Shown: positions 35,934-49,149, numbered from the stretch's first letter. The stretch is 64,000 nucleotides of DNA from Prorocentrum cordatum (GCA_963575745.1 CAUYUJ010000001.1:2914001-2978000), one strand, 5' to 3'. Numbers and translations are program-made. Notes: generated by a model not told the origin, from the letters alone.

Positions 35934-38900
35934 ATGTTGCGTTGTGCAAGCATTGGGTGGGACCTGTCGCGTCTGCAACCCCATGCGAATGCGGCAAGCT
36001 GGCAGTCCGATGGAATCAATGGTGGGCCCAGAACCGAACGCGACTGTGTTGACCTCGCGCATCGCTGTTGGAAGCCGACTCAAATGCACGAGGCCCTCTC
36101 CGTATTCGAAACAGTCACTGTCCAAACTGCCTTCGCACAATCCGGTTTCAAAGTGCTCGTTCGCAAACTTGCGCAGACAGTCGCCCCATCTCATCACGGG
36201 CCGTCCTCGTGATCGTTCAACCCCGGGACATGTTGCAGGCGGGTGCCGACGCGATACTTTTGCAGGCCAGCTGTCCGCCATCGCGCCTATTCGATGAGCC
36301 AATATGTACTGCCGTCGTAGCAACTGGACGCTCAAGTTTTGCAGAGAATGCGATGTTCGAACAACATGCACTATCAACCTCATCCTCCGCACTGCGTCGT
36401 CCCACGGCTCGTCTTCCATGCGGATCAAACCACAGACTTGTCGCATCCCCCTCCGTTGAAGCACATCCATTGTGCTCATATATGACCGTGTCATCGCGCA
36501 AGACGAGAGGCCAGACAACATCGTTGGAACGATAACTTCATTGAATAGCTTGACCCGGGAGTGCATGCTCAATTGCTTGCCCATCAACATGTCACGATGC
36601 TTATGAGACCCCATCCATACAATTTGAACACGGGGGGCCCATCTCAGAAGAAATCCTCGAACGCAGGTTGCCGCGCAGCTTCCGGCCCAAACGCATGCTG
36701 GCCACGTCGCCGCGCGGGGCGCCCACGGGCTCGCCTCCGATGTCCGGCAGAGACACCATGCTGTCGCATGCTGTCTAAGTGCCTCGGTCTTTCCGGCGCC
36801 CAGGCTGAAACCCACTTTCGCAAGTTCCTCTTTGAGCGCCGTGGCCACTATAATGAGACCCGCGCGCGATGCCGCGCAAATCACGACGTCGCCCGCGTGT
36901 CATATATTTGGCGCGGCGCCCCCATCATCAATCTGAACACCTCGCCCAAGCGCCCAGGTTTTCCATCTGCGAAATGCTGCTTCGACCCCGCACTGCAAAG
37001 CAGCGGGCTCATAATTCATAATGTTCCTCGTTTGACGCCTGTCTGCATCTCGGAACGACGAGGCCCGCGAACTTGCCCGCGTTAGTTTGCATGCGACGCG
37101 CTCGTCTCCCGCGCCTGGGCTCTGGAGAGACTCGAGCAGCGGCGGGAAGTCAATTCGCTCGAAGGCCTTACTCAGGTCCGGACTTAGACACCGCATAGGC
37201 ACATTCCATTCCAAGCACATTTCGCTCGAAGCGTCCAACTCAACGAAAGCATCGCCCACCGACCCCCGACCTCGGAATCCAACTTGGCCCTCTGACTGTC
37301 GGGCGCCCAACGCGCCGCGACGGCGGTGGTGAAATAATCGCGCGAAGAGCTTGTAATATATCAGTAACGCACATTGCGACGGGCCCCCAGTCCCGCGGAA
37401 GGCTCAGGCCACTAACCATCGGCAACATCGACAACGCGGTCTCTCGCCAGGCCGGGTCAATTACGCCATCATGCAATATCTGAATGAACAAGTCAACTAA
37501 AGCGCCCATGAACTTATCTGAATGCGCTGTGGAACATTCCGCTGGGATCCCAAACTCATCTATGCCCCTCCGAAGTTTCATGGATTTAAGTGCGCGTCGA
37601 AACGTCCGCGCAGTAAATGAGCGCATCCTCGCAGAAAGACCATCCACTACACATTGTAGATGGGCAGGTGCTGATCCAGAACAAAACGCCCATCAAATCT
37701 TGAACATCCTCTCCATGTAGTTGGCAAAGTCACCCGGCCCTGCCTGCGCGACAAGGCTCACTCCATGCGAACGCGCCGGCAATCCCCCTGCGTCGTTGAT
37801 CCGGCCGAGCTCGGTAAACTCGGCCAGGATAATTTGGAGACGTAGATTTTTCTGCTTTCTGGGCTCCCTGCGGATATGCTCTCGCATCTCTCGCATTGCG
37901 CGTGGGAGCTCTCTGCGCTGCTGGGGGTCGCGTGCGCTGCGCCCCTGTTGGGCGAGATCCTGAAAGTGCGGCGGGCCTCGCGGATGGTCGTTGAATCGTC
38001 GTCTGCTGCGCGCGCCCCCCCCCGTGAGCTGCCGCCGCGTCGAATAATGTCGCTCCTGTTTCGAGTGGCGATGACGGCGCGGTGCGTGAGCTCCTCGCCC
38101 AAGGCCTCCTGGAAAATGGCGACGTCTTCAAGGCAGGACCCCCCAGCACCGGCGGCCTCGGCCCCCTGGTTCGCCGGCGCGGGGCCCTCCCTGTGAGGGG
38201 CCCCGCGAATGCGGCGCGGCGATCTGACCTGGCCCCGCGCCTGCGCATTCCGACGCACCCCAAGTCGACGCGTGCAAATGCGAAAACGTGATACTGAAGC
38301 AAATCCTTCGTACTTGTCCCAAGTTGATCTTAAAAGTCCAGCTGTGCCCATCGCGGCCATTCCCACCTCCATCGACGACCTGCGCGTTGAAAGCGGCCGC
38401 CATCTCGGCCATCTTCCGACCGCGAACTTCGCATCCACATTCCGCGTGGAAATCGCCACGTACCGCGACAGCATTTCCGTCGCGAGTTGCTCGCGCCAAA
38501 ATCTGGTGCACTTGTTCGCGCACCTGGCCCAGCGCTTCAGCCGGATATCCCGCGCCCCGCACAGAGCGAAGCCCTCCGCTACGCCAGCCGCAAATCAACG
38601 CGAGGCTATGGATCAGGAACGAAATGCGTCGACCAGGCGCGGCCAACCAGCCGTGCACGTAGCAATGCGCCCGCGGCTGAAGCGGAGTAATCTTCGCGAT
38701 GCAAGTACAAGCGGCGCCCGCCCTCCAACTCCGCTGCTTGGCTTCCCGCGCGAGTTTCACCGGGCAAAATTCCGTCCCAATCTAAAGTCGGCAATTCAAG
38801 CGCCAGCTCTGCACGGCAAGTCTACGTTGGCCATTGGGCCGCGCATTCTTGCAAAACGCATGCAATTTCCCATCCCGTGCCGCCCCTATTCTGGGCCCTC

Positions 38901-40000
38901 GGCCAGTCCTGCGCCGCTCTTGCCCCCACCTTTGCCCCTGCCCTTCTTGGGCGAGGGGCCTATTTTCAATCTCTCCTGATGCGCGCTCGCCATCAGCTCG
39001 CAGCGAACGAAATCTCCCCAAACTTCCAAATTGCGCGATGAATTCCTTGCCGTCCACTCCCGCGATGATGACACTCCCCACCAACGTGCGAAGTTGTTCG
39101 GGATGCTAAGCCACGCGCACATACTATCGTAGTCCCACTTCACCAGTGAACGTTTGCGAGCAAACAGAAATGATCGTGGAATCCGTTCGCCTGAGGGCGC
39201 ATCTGGGAATATGTTGGCATTTGCCATCCCCGTTCTGCAATGCATTCTCCCAGACTGCCTCGATCGCTTGCCCCCTCATATCCTCCGCGCGGAACTTGAA
39301 GAGGGGAATGCCGGTGAGCCACCCTTGGGGCGCGCGTCAATGGGCGCGGGTGCCCCAACAAAAACCATAGTAAATTTAGGACCCACTTCTTCGCCTCCTT
39401 CTCCTGCGCGCCGGCGAGGCCGTTGGCCACTGCAGTGACGTTGCGCTCATCTGCGGGTGAAGTTCTCGGGGCGCTGTTCCAAGGTGGCGGTTCAGCGTCG
39501 ATCCCGACGGAATTCATGTTCACCTGGTCAACTTGCTCGCGCAAGCGATGGATCTTCTTATCCGCGCGTCTCCTGTGTCTTCCGGGAAATGTCCCGGGAA
39601 GGCTTTGCCTCCACTGTGGCCAGACTACCTCGGAAAGCACTGAGCTAATGTGTTTTGCGACTGCGCGCTTGTTCTGGAAGTGGGCCTTCAGGGCGCCCCT
39701 ATATTCAATGACCTGTTCGAGGGTGCTCTCGGCCCGCTGCGCGCCCATGGCCATGTCGACAACCTTTTGGACGAAGGGCTCCAGCTTCTGGCCCATCAGG
39801 CTGGCGATGGCTGCGAGCACGACGTCACCTATGGTTCCAGACGCTGCCCCCATGCGCCCCGCTCGCTCGCGGTTTTTCGAAATGCGACCTGCGCATGGTG
39901 TTGTCCTCCTCCCCCTTCCCCTTGACCTCCGCGCAATTTCCCTTCTCGTCCTTCTCGCCCTGCACCGCGCGGTCGTTGAGGCCATCTATCGCCTGGAACG
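35934..40000 (-). mobile_element. Decayed RTE-like non-LTR retrotransposon
   Basis: ORF1-like 39140-39985; endonuclease remnant AVRGDFHA; RT remnants GIPAE, WRETALSMLP..PRDWGPV, DLSKAFERI; RTE-type C-terminus RVKLFNEVIVPTML...QRRGMR...RSRGRPVMRWGD; many frameshifts. Confidence 0.85.
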
Positions 40001-40589
40001 AGCCTTGGAAACGGCGTGCCTGAGGCGCCAGAACTTGGGGCGCATCATCCGAGGAAGTATTGAAGAGCCTTCCATATGGTGCACCTGGGCGACGCGTTCT
40101 CCAGGCTGGGGTCTTGGGGGGCACACTCGTGCTTGAAGCTCCTGGACTATCCAATGAGTTCAAGACCGAGCCTGGGATTATCTTGCCCAGCTCGGCCTCA
40201 AGGTCAAGGTCGACTGAAGATGTGCTCGCACAATATTAAAAGTAAGAGCAACAGGCGCGGGGGGGGCAATTTCGCCCGCAGCCGCGTTGGCTCTCTGTGC
40301 ACACGTGGCGCACCTGAGAAAGCGAGTAACGTGTATTTCGAAGCGTCTCCCCCCGTCCTCCCTCGCCTCTTTCGCCCCCCCCCCCCCCCCCCCCCCCCCG
40401 CCCCCGCTCCCCCCCCCCCCCCCCCTGGCCCCTCATGCTCCTCTTCATCATCCTTTCAAGACCCTTTCAATATCGACCCTAAAACTAACTACCGACGTGG
40501 CCACGAGAGGGTACCTTCCTCCTATCTATCCTGCCACCCCGAGGTCCGCGAAGTTGGTTTAGGTGGAGGAGCCCGCCCGTCAAAAGAGC

Positions 40590-40631
40590 CCGACGAAGGA
40601 GTCGACGAACTCGTGGGCGTCGAACGGAGGC
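40590..40631 (-). CDS. Putative exon of the helical-repeat gene (PPFDAHEFVDSFV)
   Basis: cccag|G acceptor, GG|GC donor, phase 2 compatible with the 42096-42121 microexon. Confidence 0.55.
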
Positions 40632-41329
40632 CTGGGACCCTGTGATTTGCTGGCTGCCTCGCGCCGCGGCCTGCTGCGTCTCGCAGGGTGCCTCGCGCCG
40701 CCGCCGTACTCGTGTTGGTAGCCGTCGGAGTCCGCCTGGTAGGAGTGGTCCTGGGGCTGCTCGCGGCGTCTTCTTCGGTCTGGCTTTCGCCGTATGTGCA
40801 ATCGTGCTCGGACGCGTCGCCCTCGCCGGCCTCGTACCGGTTGACGCTGGCTCCGACGCCAGCGAGAATCGCCCTGGCGCGGGCTGGGATGGGGAAGTCG
40901 TCGGCGGCCATGGAGGCGAAGGCTGCCGCGCTGGGTGGGCAAATGCCCGCCGCTTGAAGCGCTGCAGTGGCCGCTGCTCGCCACTGCGCACCCGTTCTCG
41001 CCGCTGATCCAATGGCCATAGCTGCCGCTGCCGTCTTCTCTCGCACCCGGGTGCCCCCTCCCAGAGCAGCCGCGGCCGCGCGTGTAGCTGATGACGTCTG
41101 GGTGCCCGGCCGTTCGCCCGCTGCCACTGCCATCTCTTCTCGCATTCGTGTCACCCGAACTGCAGCTGAGGAGGTCTGCGTTTTCTGCCTGCCGCAGCTA
41201 CCTGTAGCCGCTTCTGTTCTCGCACACTGGGGCCCCAGGCAGTGGCTGATGACGTCTGGACGCCCGGACTCGCGGCACCTCCCGCTGCCGCTGCCGTCTC
41301 CTCTCGCACGCGAGTGTCCCCGCCTGCTG

Positions 41330-41910
41330 CCTTGTGCTTCGCCTCTCGCTTCTCGCAGGGTGGCTTCGCCGTGGCCTCTGCACTGTAGCTGACGTCGTTG
41401 GCCTCGTGTTTCGCTTCCCGCTTCTCGCACGGTGGCTTCGTCCTGACCTTTTGTGCCGTAGCTGACGTCATCGGGCTCGTGCTTTGCCTCCCGTTGTCTC
41501 GCAAGGCGACTTCTTCGCAGCCTCTGTACTGTAGCTGTCGGTGTCGGGCTCTTGCTTCGTCCCACGCGTCTCGCATGGTGGCTTTTCCGTGGCCTCTGCG
41601 TTGTAGCTGACGCCGTAGGGCTCTAGCTTCGCCTCCAGTTTCTCGCACGGTGTCTTCGCCGCGGCCTCTGCGCTGTAGCTGACGGTATTGGCCTCGTGCT
41701 TCGCCTCTCGCTTCTCGAAGGGTGGCTTCGCCGTGGCCTCTGCACTGTAGCTGACGTCAGTGGCCTCGTGTTTCGCCTCCCGCTTCTCGCAAGGTGGTTT
41801 CCCCGTGGCATCTTCGCCGTAGCTGGCGGCGTAGGGACGCGGGGTCGGGCTCAAACTTCGCCTCCAGCTTCTCACTCTGTGGTTTCGTCGTGGCCTCTGC
41901 CCTGTAGCTA
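41330..41910. repeat. 72-73-bp tandem repeat, ~8 units
   Basis: YGTAGCT at 41384, 41457, 41530, 41602, 41674, 41746, 41818 and 41903. Confidence 0.93.
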
Positions 41911-42095
41911 ACGGTTTCGGAGGCGTGAGGAGGTCGAAAACGGCATGTCTGAAGGCCACCAGCCGCTGCCTCCTCACTGGCCTGCGTTTAGCTTTGGTCT
42001 GCATGATTCCTTGCGTGGGGTGCCGATGGGGGTCCTTCAGAGCACACATCTCATCCGTCACCCAGCAGCCCTGCATTGGCGCGGCCACCGATTGC

Positions 42096-42121
42096 CGAGC
42101 GGCGCGCGTGAGGCCGGCCTC
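42096..42121 (-). CDS. Putative 26-nt microexon (EAGLTRAAR)
   Basis: cccag|GAG acceptor (tandem CAGGAG), CG|GC donor; restores frame and repeat length between neighbouring exons. Confidence 0.4.
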
Positions 42122-42614
42122 CTGGGCGGCCCGATCGCGGGCGATGGCGCGAGAGATCGATCGACCGACTCCGACGCGACCCAGATCGGGCCCCCGCCCA
42201 GCAGAGGCCAGATGGGCTTCTCTTCATCCTCCTCCTCCTCCTCTTCCTCCGCCTCCTCTTCCTCCTGTTCTTCTCCTTCTCCTTCGTCTTCTCCCCTCCT
42301 TCCGTTCCTTTCCCTTTCCATTTCCCTTCTCCTTCTCGTTCACCGTCCCCTCCTCATTCTGCACCTCCCCCATGTGTCTCCGCCTCCTCCTCCGCCTCTT
42401 TTCCTCCTCCTCCTCCTCCCCCTTCTCCTCTTCTAACCCCTGCTCCTCGAAACTCTAAGCCCCCCTGGACCCCTCGAAAAGACACGGATGCCCCTTCACC
42501 TTCTCTTCTTTGCAGTGCGAGTTCTCAGACTCCTCGTGAGGCCCTTACTCGCATGCCTCTATACTGAGTCGACGTTAGACGACCGCATGATCCCCGCCCT
42601 CCCCGCTCGTCAGC

Positions 42615-42695
42615 CTCCTGGAACTCCTGGCTGGGCACGTGGCCCAACTCCGAGAAGCCCCAGAGGTAGGTGGCCAGCTGCGCTGGCGTCGACTC
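42615..42695 (-). CDS. Exon of OPR/HPR-like protein (ESTPAQLATYLWGFSELGHVPSQEFQE)
   Basis: tcctcccag|G acceptor, GAG|GC donor, 81 nt, phase 0, clear repeat motif. Confidence 0.8.
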
Positions 42696-42864
42696 CTGGG
42701 AGGACGAGGGTGGGAGGGGGGTAGGAGCCCAGACGCCCAGCGCGGCGGGAAAAACACGGCGGGCATCTTCTCCAAGTTTCTGCTTCCAGATATGACGAGT
42801 GCAAGCCCCTATGGCCACTCGGTCGAGGGCGCCAGGCGCCCCCCCCTCTCTCCCCCCCCAAAAA

Positions 42865-43050
42865 AAACACACACACACAGGCACACACACACACGGACAC
42901 ACACACACACACGAATAGACACACAGACACACACACACACAACACACACACGGACACACGGGCAGACACACACACACACGAATAGACACACAGACACACA
43001 CACACAAAACACACACACAGACACACACACAACGACGCACCCACAGACAC
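42865..43050. repeat. Degenerate (CA)n microsatellite
   Basis: Direct run. Confidence 0.93.
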
Positions 43051-44811
43051 ACGAAGTCGGATGCAGGAAAAGAGCTGTCACATTTGATGTGGTTGTGTTG
43101 GACCTTCCAGGTGGGTGCGGGGCGGGCCTCGCCAACATGGATGGATTCGTCCCGAAGTCCTGGTCGAAAGGCGTTCCATGACAGGTCCAAGGGAGGAGGG
43201 GGAGGGAGAACGTGCTCCATCCGCCTTCTCCGCCTGCCTCGTCGGCTCCTCCTGTTCATTCGACTTGAAATGGAGGAGGGAGAACTGGGAAGGGAGGGAG
43301 GGGGGGAGCGGGGGAAAGGAAGGGAGTATACTTGGGGATGGGTAGTTGAGGCGAGGGGATTCGAGGAGGGAGGGGGGAGGGAAACAGAAGGAGGGAAGGG
43401 AAGGGAAGGCAGGGAAAGAAAGGAAGGCTCAGAGGAGAGGAAGGAGAAGTGAGCTGGGGAGGTGACGGAAGGAAGGCTCGGATGTAGAGAGGGAGGCAGG
43501 GGAGGGAGGGGTTGAGAGGGGAAGGAGGGAAAACAAAACAGAGGGAGAGGATGCAGGAGGAACGTGAGGGGCATCTGGGTCGCCCTGCCTCCAAAGAGGC
43601 CGAGCCGAACACGAACATATGCTGAAACGCACAGGGGCCGTGGCGCACCTGTGGGGCGCCGCCGTTGGTAGTGAATGCCGTCGCGGGCAACCAACTACTG
43701 TAATACGCATCAGGGGCGAGGGGCCCATCGAATTGAGGGCACGCTGCCGGGACACAGTCTGCCTAGACGCATCTCATGGACAGAGCTGCTTACCGAAGAG
43801 TTACTGTCGCGAATCCCCCAGCCCACCCCCGCCAACCTCTCAAAGCAACCTGAGGCGTGCCGGAAGCGAGAGGGGACGCTCGAACTGAGATGTGAACTCA
43901 ATGGGCTCCTCCGCACGATCTCCCACACCTTTGGTCCACTTATTCACGTTATGTTCAATCTTACCTTCACCCTCCTGGTTACAACAACACCAAATGGGAC
44001 CACATCCGAATTCAGCTTCGGAACACCCACCGTGATACGTCATACATTGTGGTTCCCACCATCGAATATCACTTCGAGGGCGAGGATGCCTTACGAAAAC
44101 AGGTGACTGTATTCACCAGTCTCGACACTGCTTGTGCTGATACATTGGCAAGTTTCAGCCCGTCTCTCCAGAATCCCTCTCCCATATTCGCGTCTGGGTG
44201 GTGAGAACGGACGCTTTGCTCGTCCGACGCCGCCTCCTCTAAGCCAGTCTGGAGGCCCTCAACCAGGCAGCCATCGATCCATCACCGAGTTCAACACAGG
44301 CGGGGCCGCCTCGTCTCCCCACCCCTCCCACTACCACCCCGTCCTCTGCTTATGTGTTCAGCTCTGCGCACACTCTAGGATAGAGTGGCACGTGTTGTTT
44401 GGTTTGCAGGACTTCCGCCACAGCTGCCACCCTTCTCGCGTGGCGGAGCCCACCCTGCTTCCAGCTCACTCCAGGGGATGCGCGTGTGACTCATGCGTCC
44501 AGTGTCCCAGGGGTCGGCACTTACACATGTGTGGGGGGTGGGTGCATGACTCCGACTTCATGGTTTAGCATGCCTCTCTCTGCTCATGGTTCTGCAGCAT
44601 TTACGGTTACTATAGAAGTGAGATGTTGAAGCGTTAATTGGAGGAGTCTTGTACATGGTCTTTGGATAAGTCAAGGTCTTTGGCTGAAGGCTCTGACTCG
44701 CCGCCAACAGGCAGCCACGGCGGCGAGGATAAGTTTCTTTGGGATCATGATGTGATAGCGTCCACTCCACTCCACTCATCCCTCCTCCCTGCTCCTCCCT
44801 CTCTGGACGGC

Positions 44812-44910
44812 CTCCATTCTGTTGAGGATCGCGGCGTCCAGGGCCCGCAGGTACCCCTCCCCTGGCAGGTGGTCCAGCTTCACGCAGGCCCACAGCAGGT
44901 TCGCGAGGTC
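44812..44910 (-). CDS. Exon of OPR/HPR-like protein (DLANLLWACVKLDHLPGEGYLRALDAAILNRME)
   Basis: ccccctttag|G acceptor, GAG|GC donor, 99 nt, phase 0; LANLLWA..KL motif. Confidence 0.85.
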
Positions 44911-45054
44911 CTAAAGGGGGAAGGCAGGGAAGGTGGACATGAGGGAGAAGGTTCGCGAGGTCCCGAGGGGGGGGGGTAGGAGAGAGGAAGGAGGAAGGAG
45001 GGAAGGAGGGAGGGGGGGGGAAAGGGATTCAGCACGGAGAGTGGGAGTGATGGG

Positions 45055-45110
45055 GGAGGAGAGGAGAGGAGAGGAGAGGAGAGGAGAGGAGAGGAGAGGA
45101 GAGGAGAGTA
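45055..45110. repeat. (GGAGA)n pentanucleotide repeat
   Basis: Direct run inside the predicted intron. Confidence 0.92.
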
Positions 45111-45240
45111 GAGCGGGCGGAGGAGGGGACGGGGACGAGGAGTGAGCGGAGGAAGAGGAGCAGGTCGAGGAGCAGAAAACACAGGAGGGGGGAGAGGACG
45201 AGCAAGTGGACGGGATGACCGAGCGGGGCAAGTCCGGGTC

Positions 45241-45309
45241 CTTGGCATCTATGTAGGAGAAGGCCGGCACAGTGCGGCCCATCCTGGCTATGGCCCGCTC
45301 GACAAAGTC
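45241..45309 (-). CDS. Exon of OPR/HPR-like protein (DFVERAIARMGRTVPAFSYI[DAK])
   Basis: ccgcag|G acceptor; GA donor after 45241 (AAG|GA) or after 45250 (ATA|GA); both phase 0. Confidence 0.75.
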
Positions 45310-47428
45310 CTGCGGCGCCGCGCGTGCCAGGCGAGGGTGGGCGGCGACGAGCGGAGAGGGCGACGGAGCAGAAGGAGGACGAGGAAGGCGAGCGGCGAAG
45401 ATGAGGACGGGAGAGGAAGTGGAGGGGAGAGGCCTTGACGTGGTCAGTGGGGGGAGGCAATGGCGAGCGGAGAGAGCGACGGAGTAGGAGGACGAAAAAG
45501 GCGAGTGGCGCGGAGGAAGACGAGGAGGACAGGAGAGGAAGAGGGGAGAGGACTCGAAGTGGTGGCTCTGGGGCGCCTTTAAACCACGTCAGTGGGCCCG
45601 GCTGCCTGGTGCCACCGCCCTGTGGAGCACAATGGTCTCAAGCGTCCGTCGTGGTTGACACCCAAGGTCGGGGCAATCACTGGGCGAGACGAAGCGTGCG
45701 CTGGGAGCTTCCAATACCGACGCTGATAGATCGCTCAAATGCGCCACGCGTAGCAAACCAAAGAGAATATGCAACCAGATGGAGCGACCCTTGTACACCA
45801 TCACGTTTCAAATACCAACGTGAAAGCTGGCTACCGCATCAATGGGTAATGTAGTATTGAGCGAGCTCTTGGGATGCTTGCCAGTATCATGCCCACTCAC
45901 TTTTCACGGTGGCCAACATCCTACGCTCACGATGGCGGGGGAACCTGTCATCAGAAGGCGAATCATGGTAAATAGGGCTCCAACAATCGGACGCGTTCAG
46001 TGGCCGAAAACGGCCGTCTGATCAGGGCGTGAGTGTCTGTGAGGCGGCTCTACACCCAACGGCCCAACCGCGGCCGACGATCGTCTCGAAACGGCTCGTG
46101 CCGTCATTTGGGCAGCACGAACCGTTTCGAGACGATCGTCGGGCGTGCTTTACGTGTGCGTGCCCTCAGGCGCAGCATACAATTTTTTGAAAGCACACAA
46201 CAAGCACGCTGCATGACAATTCGCTTAACAGGGTCAAACGTACCACCTGTGATAATTAGCAAAACGCACGAGGGACTTTCCACGGGGAGGCACATGCCCC
46301 ATGCCCGTGCATCTTGTCATTCGAATTGTGGGCACTACGTGAGATATTGCTACAAGGAGAAGGGAAGCAGGGGCATGGCCCAACCCGGGCGATGGACGGG
46401 GAAGAGAAACAAGAAACATAACAAGAGGCGGAGGAAATGAGGTGGACAACGGCTCCCACCCGCCGAGCAGCTCGCAGCCGCGACGCTCGCACCCATCCTG
46501 GGAGACACGTGCTGCTGAAAGAGAACCCTTTGCAACAAGAACGGCCGAACTAGACAGAACCATATTCCCCCTTCACCCTGGGACCTCAACACTGGCAGGT
46601 GTTGCATTCGGGATGTTGGGTTCAATGCGTTTCCAGCCCCGCTTCTCCCCGAACTCTTGTTCAACATAAAGGCCAGGGGTGGAGGTGGTTCCCCAAAGAT
46701 TGTTGACAAAAAACCCTTCAACATTAGCACCCAGGGTTTACGGAGTCTACGCAGTAAACAAATCCGCGCCTACCCACCTCCTCACCGCCGCCCACAGTCA
46801 CACGGTAGGCGCTGCACAGCTTGCAGGGCTGGAAGAGGAGGAAGGAGGGACGGGAGAGGAGCAGGAGGTGGGGGAGGGGACGGCACGGCTGCGGCTCTGT
46901 CCATGTTCGTGTTCCATACGTGCAACCCCTCATGGGGTCTCTCGCGTTGGCGTGGCCATCGCCATCATCACCCGGTGTCGCTCTATACTGGACGATGCCG
47001 CGCTGGTCTCTGCCTGCGCCTATGCTGCTATGGACCGTACCGAGCTCAGGGTTCAAACATCCAGCACTCAGCCCACACGCCTGAGGGGGGAGGGAAGAGG
47101 GAGCGAGGAGAGGGGACGGGAGAAGCAGCGGCAAGAGAGAGCCAGGAGGCTCTGTGGGCGTGCTGGTGCCCCCCGCCGAGGGGAAAGATGGGGGGACCAG
47201 CTCAGGGGGGGAATCATCGACCCGGAATCGGGGATACATCGCTGACAGATCGGCGATAGGCCCCCGATGACGAATCCACACGATCCTGGGCGGGGTGGGT
47301 TATCAGGCCTCTATCGGCGATCAGTGGGCGATTGGGTGTCGATGCATCCCCAAGTAAGCCTACCTCCCCCCCCCCATTGCTCCTGATCCCCCCCGCACCA
47401 AGGAACGCGCGCGGAGACCCGAAGCGTC

Positions 47429-47530
47429 CTCGCCCGGGTGGGCGCCAAGCTTGCCGTAGAGCCACAGCACGTACGCCAGACCCCGCGGCCCGAAGCTGGC
47501 CAGGTCCCGGGACGGCTTCGTGGGCAGCGC
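47429..47530 (-). CDS. Exon of OPR/HPR-like protein (ALPTKPSRDLASFGPRGLAYVLWLYGKLGAHPGE)
   Basis: cccgag|G acceptor, GAG|GA donor, 102 nt, phase 0; F.P..LA..LW...KLG..P motif. Confidence 0.8.
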
Positions 47531-47587
47531 CTCGGGCCGGAGGCGAGCGCGGTGCGGGGCGGGAGCGGGTGACGCCGAGAGAGGCGA

Positions 47588-47959
47588 CTCCTCCTCCTCC
47601 TCCTCCTCTTCGTCTTCTTCTTACATTAGTATTATGCTTCTTCTTCTCTTTCGTACTAAGACTGTTATTAGTATTATTCCTCTTCCTCTTCCTCCTCCTC
47701 TTCCCCCTCCTCCTCTTCCTCCTCTTCCTCCGCCTCCTTCTCCTCCTTCTCCTCCCCCTCGTTCTCTTCCTCCTCCGCCTCCTCCTCCTCATCATCCTCC
47801 TCTGGCTCCTCCTCTTCCTCTGTCTCCTCCTCCTCCTCCTCCACTGAATTGATATGAGTATTATTATTCTTATTATTATTATTAGTATTATTATTAGTAT
47901 TATTATTATTAGTTTTACTACTATAATAATAATTATTATTATCATCATCATCATCATCC

Positions 47960-47996
<37 letters not shown>

Positions 47997-48053
47997 TATT
48001 ATTATTATTATTATTTTTAGTATTTTTATTAGTATTATTATTATTAATAGTGA

Positions 48054-48103
<50 letters not shown>

Positions 48104-48560
48104 TCAGTATTATTATTATTATTCGTAACATTATTACTACGGTTAGTAGTATTGATATTATTATCTTTATTATTAGTACTATTATTTGGTAATTCCATGT
48201 ATAATCTGATTATCGGTTGTATTATTTGTAGTCGCTTTCGTGTGGGTATCCATATCCGTATTATTACGTTGTTTCATCTGATGCTGCTTATAGCTAGTCT
48301 GTTTCATGTTCCTCTTCCTCCTCTTCCTCCTCCGCCTCCTGCTCCACCTCCCCCTCTTTCTCCTCCTCCTCCACCTCCTCCTCTTCCTCCTCCTCTTCTG
48401 TCTCCTCTGACTCCACCTCCGCCTCGTCCTCCTCCTCCTCGTGCTCCTGCTCCTGCTCCTCCTCTTTCTCATCATTCCCTTCCTTCGTCCATTCTCCTCT
48501 CATCGTAGTTATCATTCTCCTCCTCCCTTGTCATTAGTTATCCTTCCTCCTTCTCCTTTC
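47588..48560. repeat. Compound microsatellite (TCC/ATT/CAT/AGT)n
   Basis: Successive trinucleotide runs. Confidence 0.95.
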
Positions 48561-49149
48561 GTCGTAGTTTTTTTCCTCGCATCGCCATCGCGAAAGGCGC
48601 GCCGCGGGCGGAAGGCGCGGCCTCCCCAGACCACCTGGGGACCTTGCTTCCTTAGAGGGAGGGAGGGGGGAGGCCACCCGTCCGTCTTGCATCCCGAAGG
48701 TCAATCAAGGTAGGGGGAAGGGAGGGGGGAGGGAGAGGCCCCGGTCATCGTCCCTGCAACGCGTTTGATGTAGACGTTGTACCCCTGTCCGTAACGCTGT
48801 GCCGGCCGTCTGCGGCTTCCGCCCGATTGTAGCTATGCCTACCGTGGACTCTCGGCCGTCCTCTCATCGGACCGTAGTCAGCAGGGTGTCGGTTTGCATG
48901 ACTGTGCAATCGACGCACTTTTGATGCCGAGCTTCGCCTCGACAGTATCACCTCTGGTAATAGGTTTCCTTGGTCTCCTCGGGCTGCCGACTGCGGCGGC
49001 GCCCTTCCGCCGCGTCGTTGCTTGCCAAGCTTCTCAACAGCCATGTCCCAGTGAGCTTCGCTGATGTTCTGGAGTGGGCCCCTGCTTATTCTACTTTTCA
49101 CGTTTTGCCACTGCTGCTCCACTAGGTGCTGGGGATATGCTTCCGCGTG

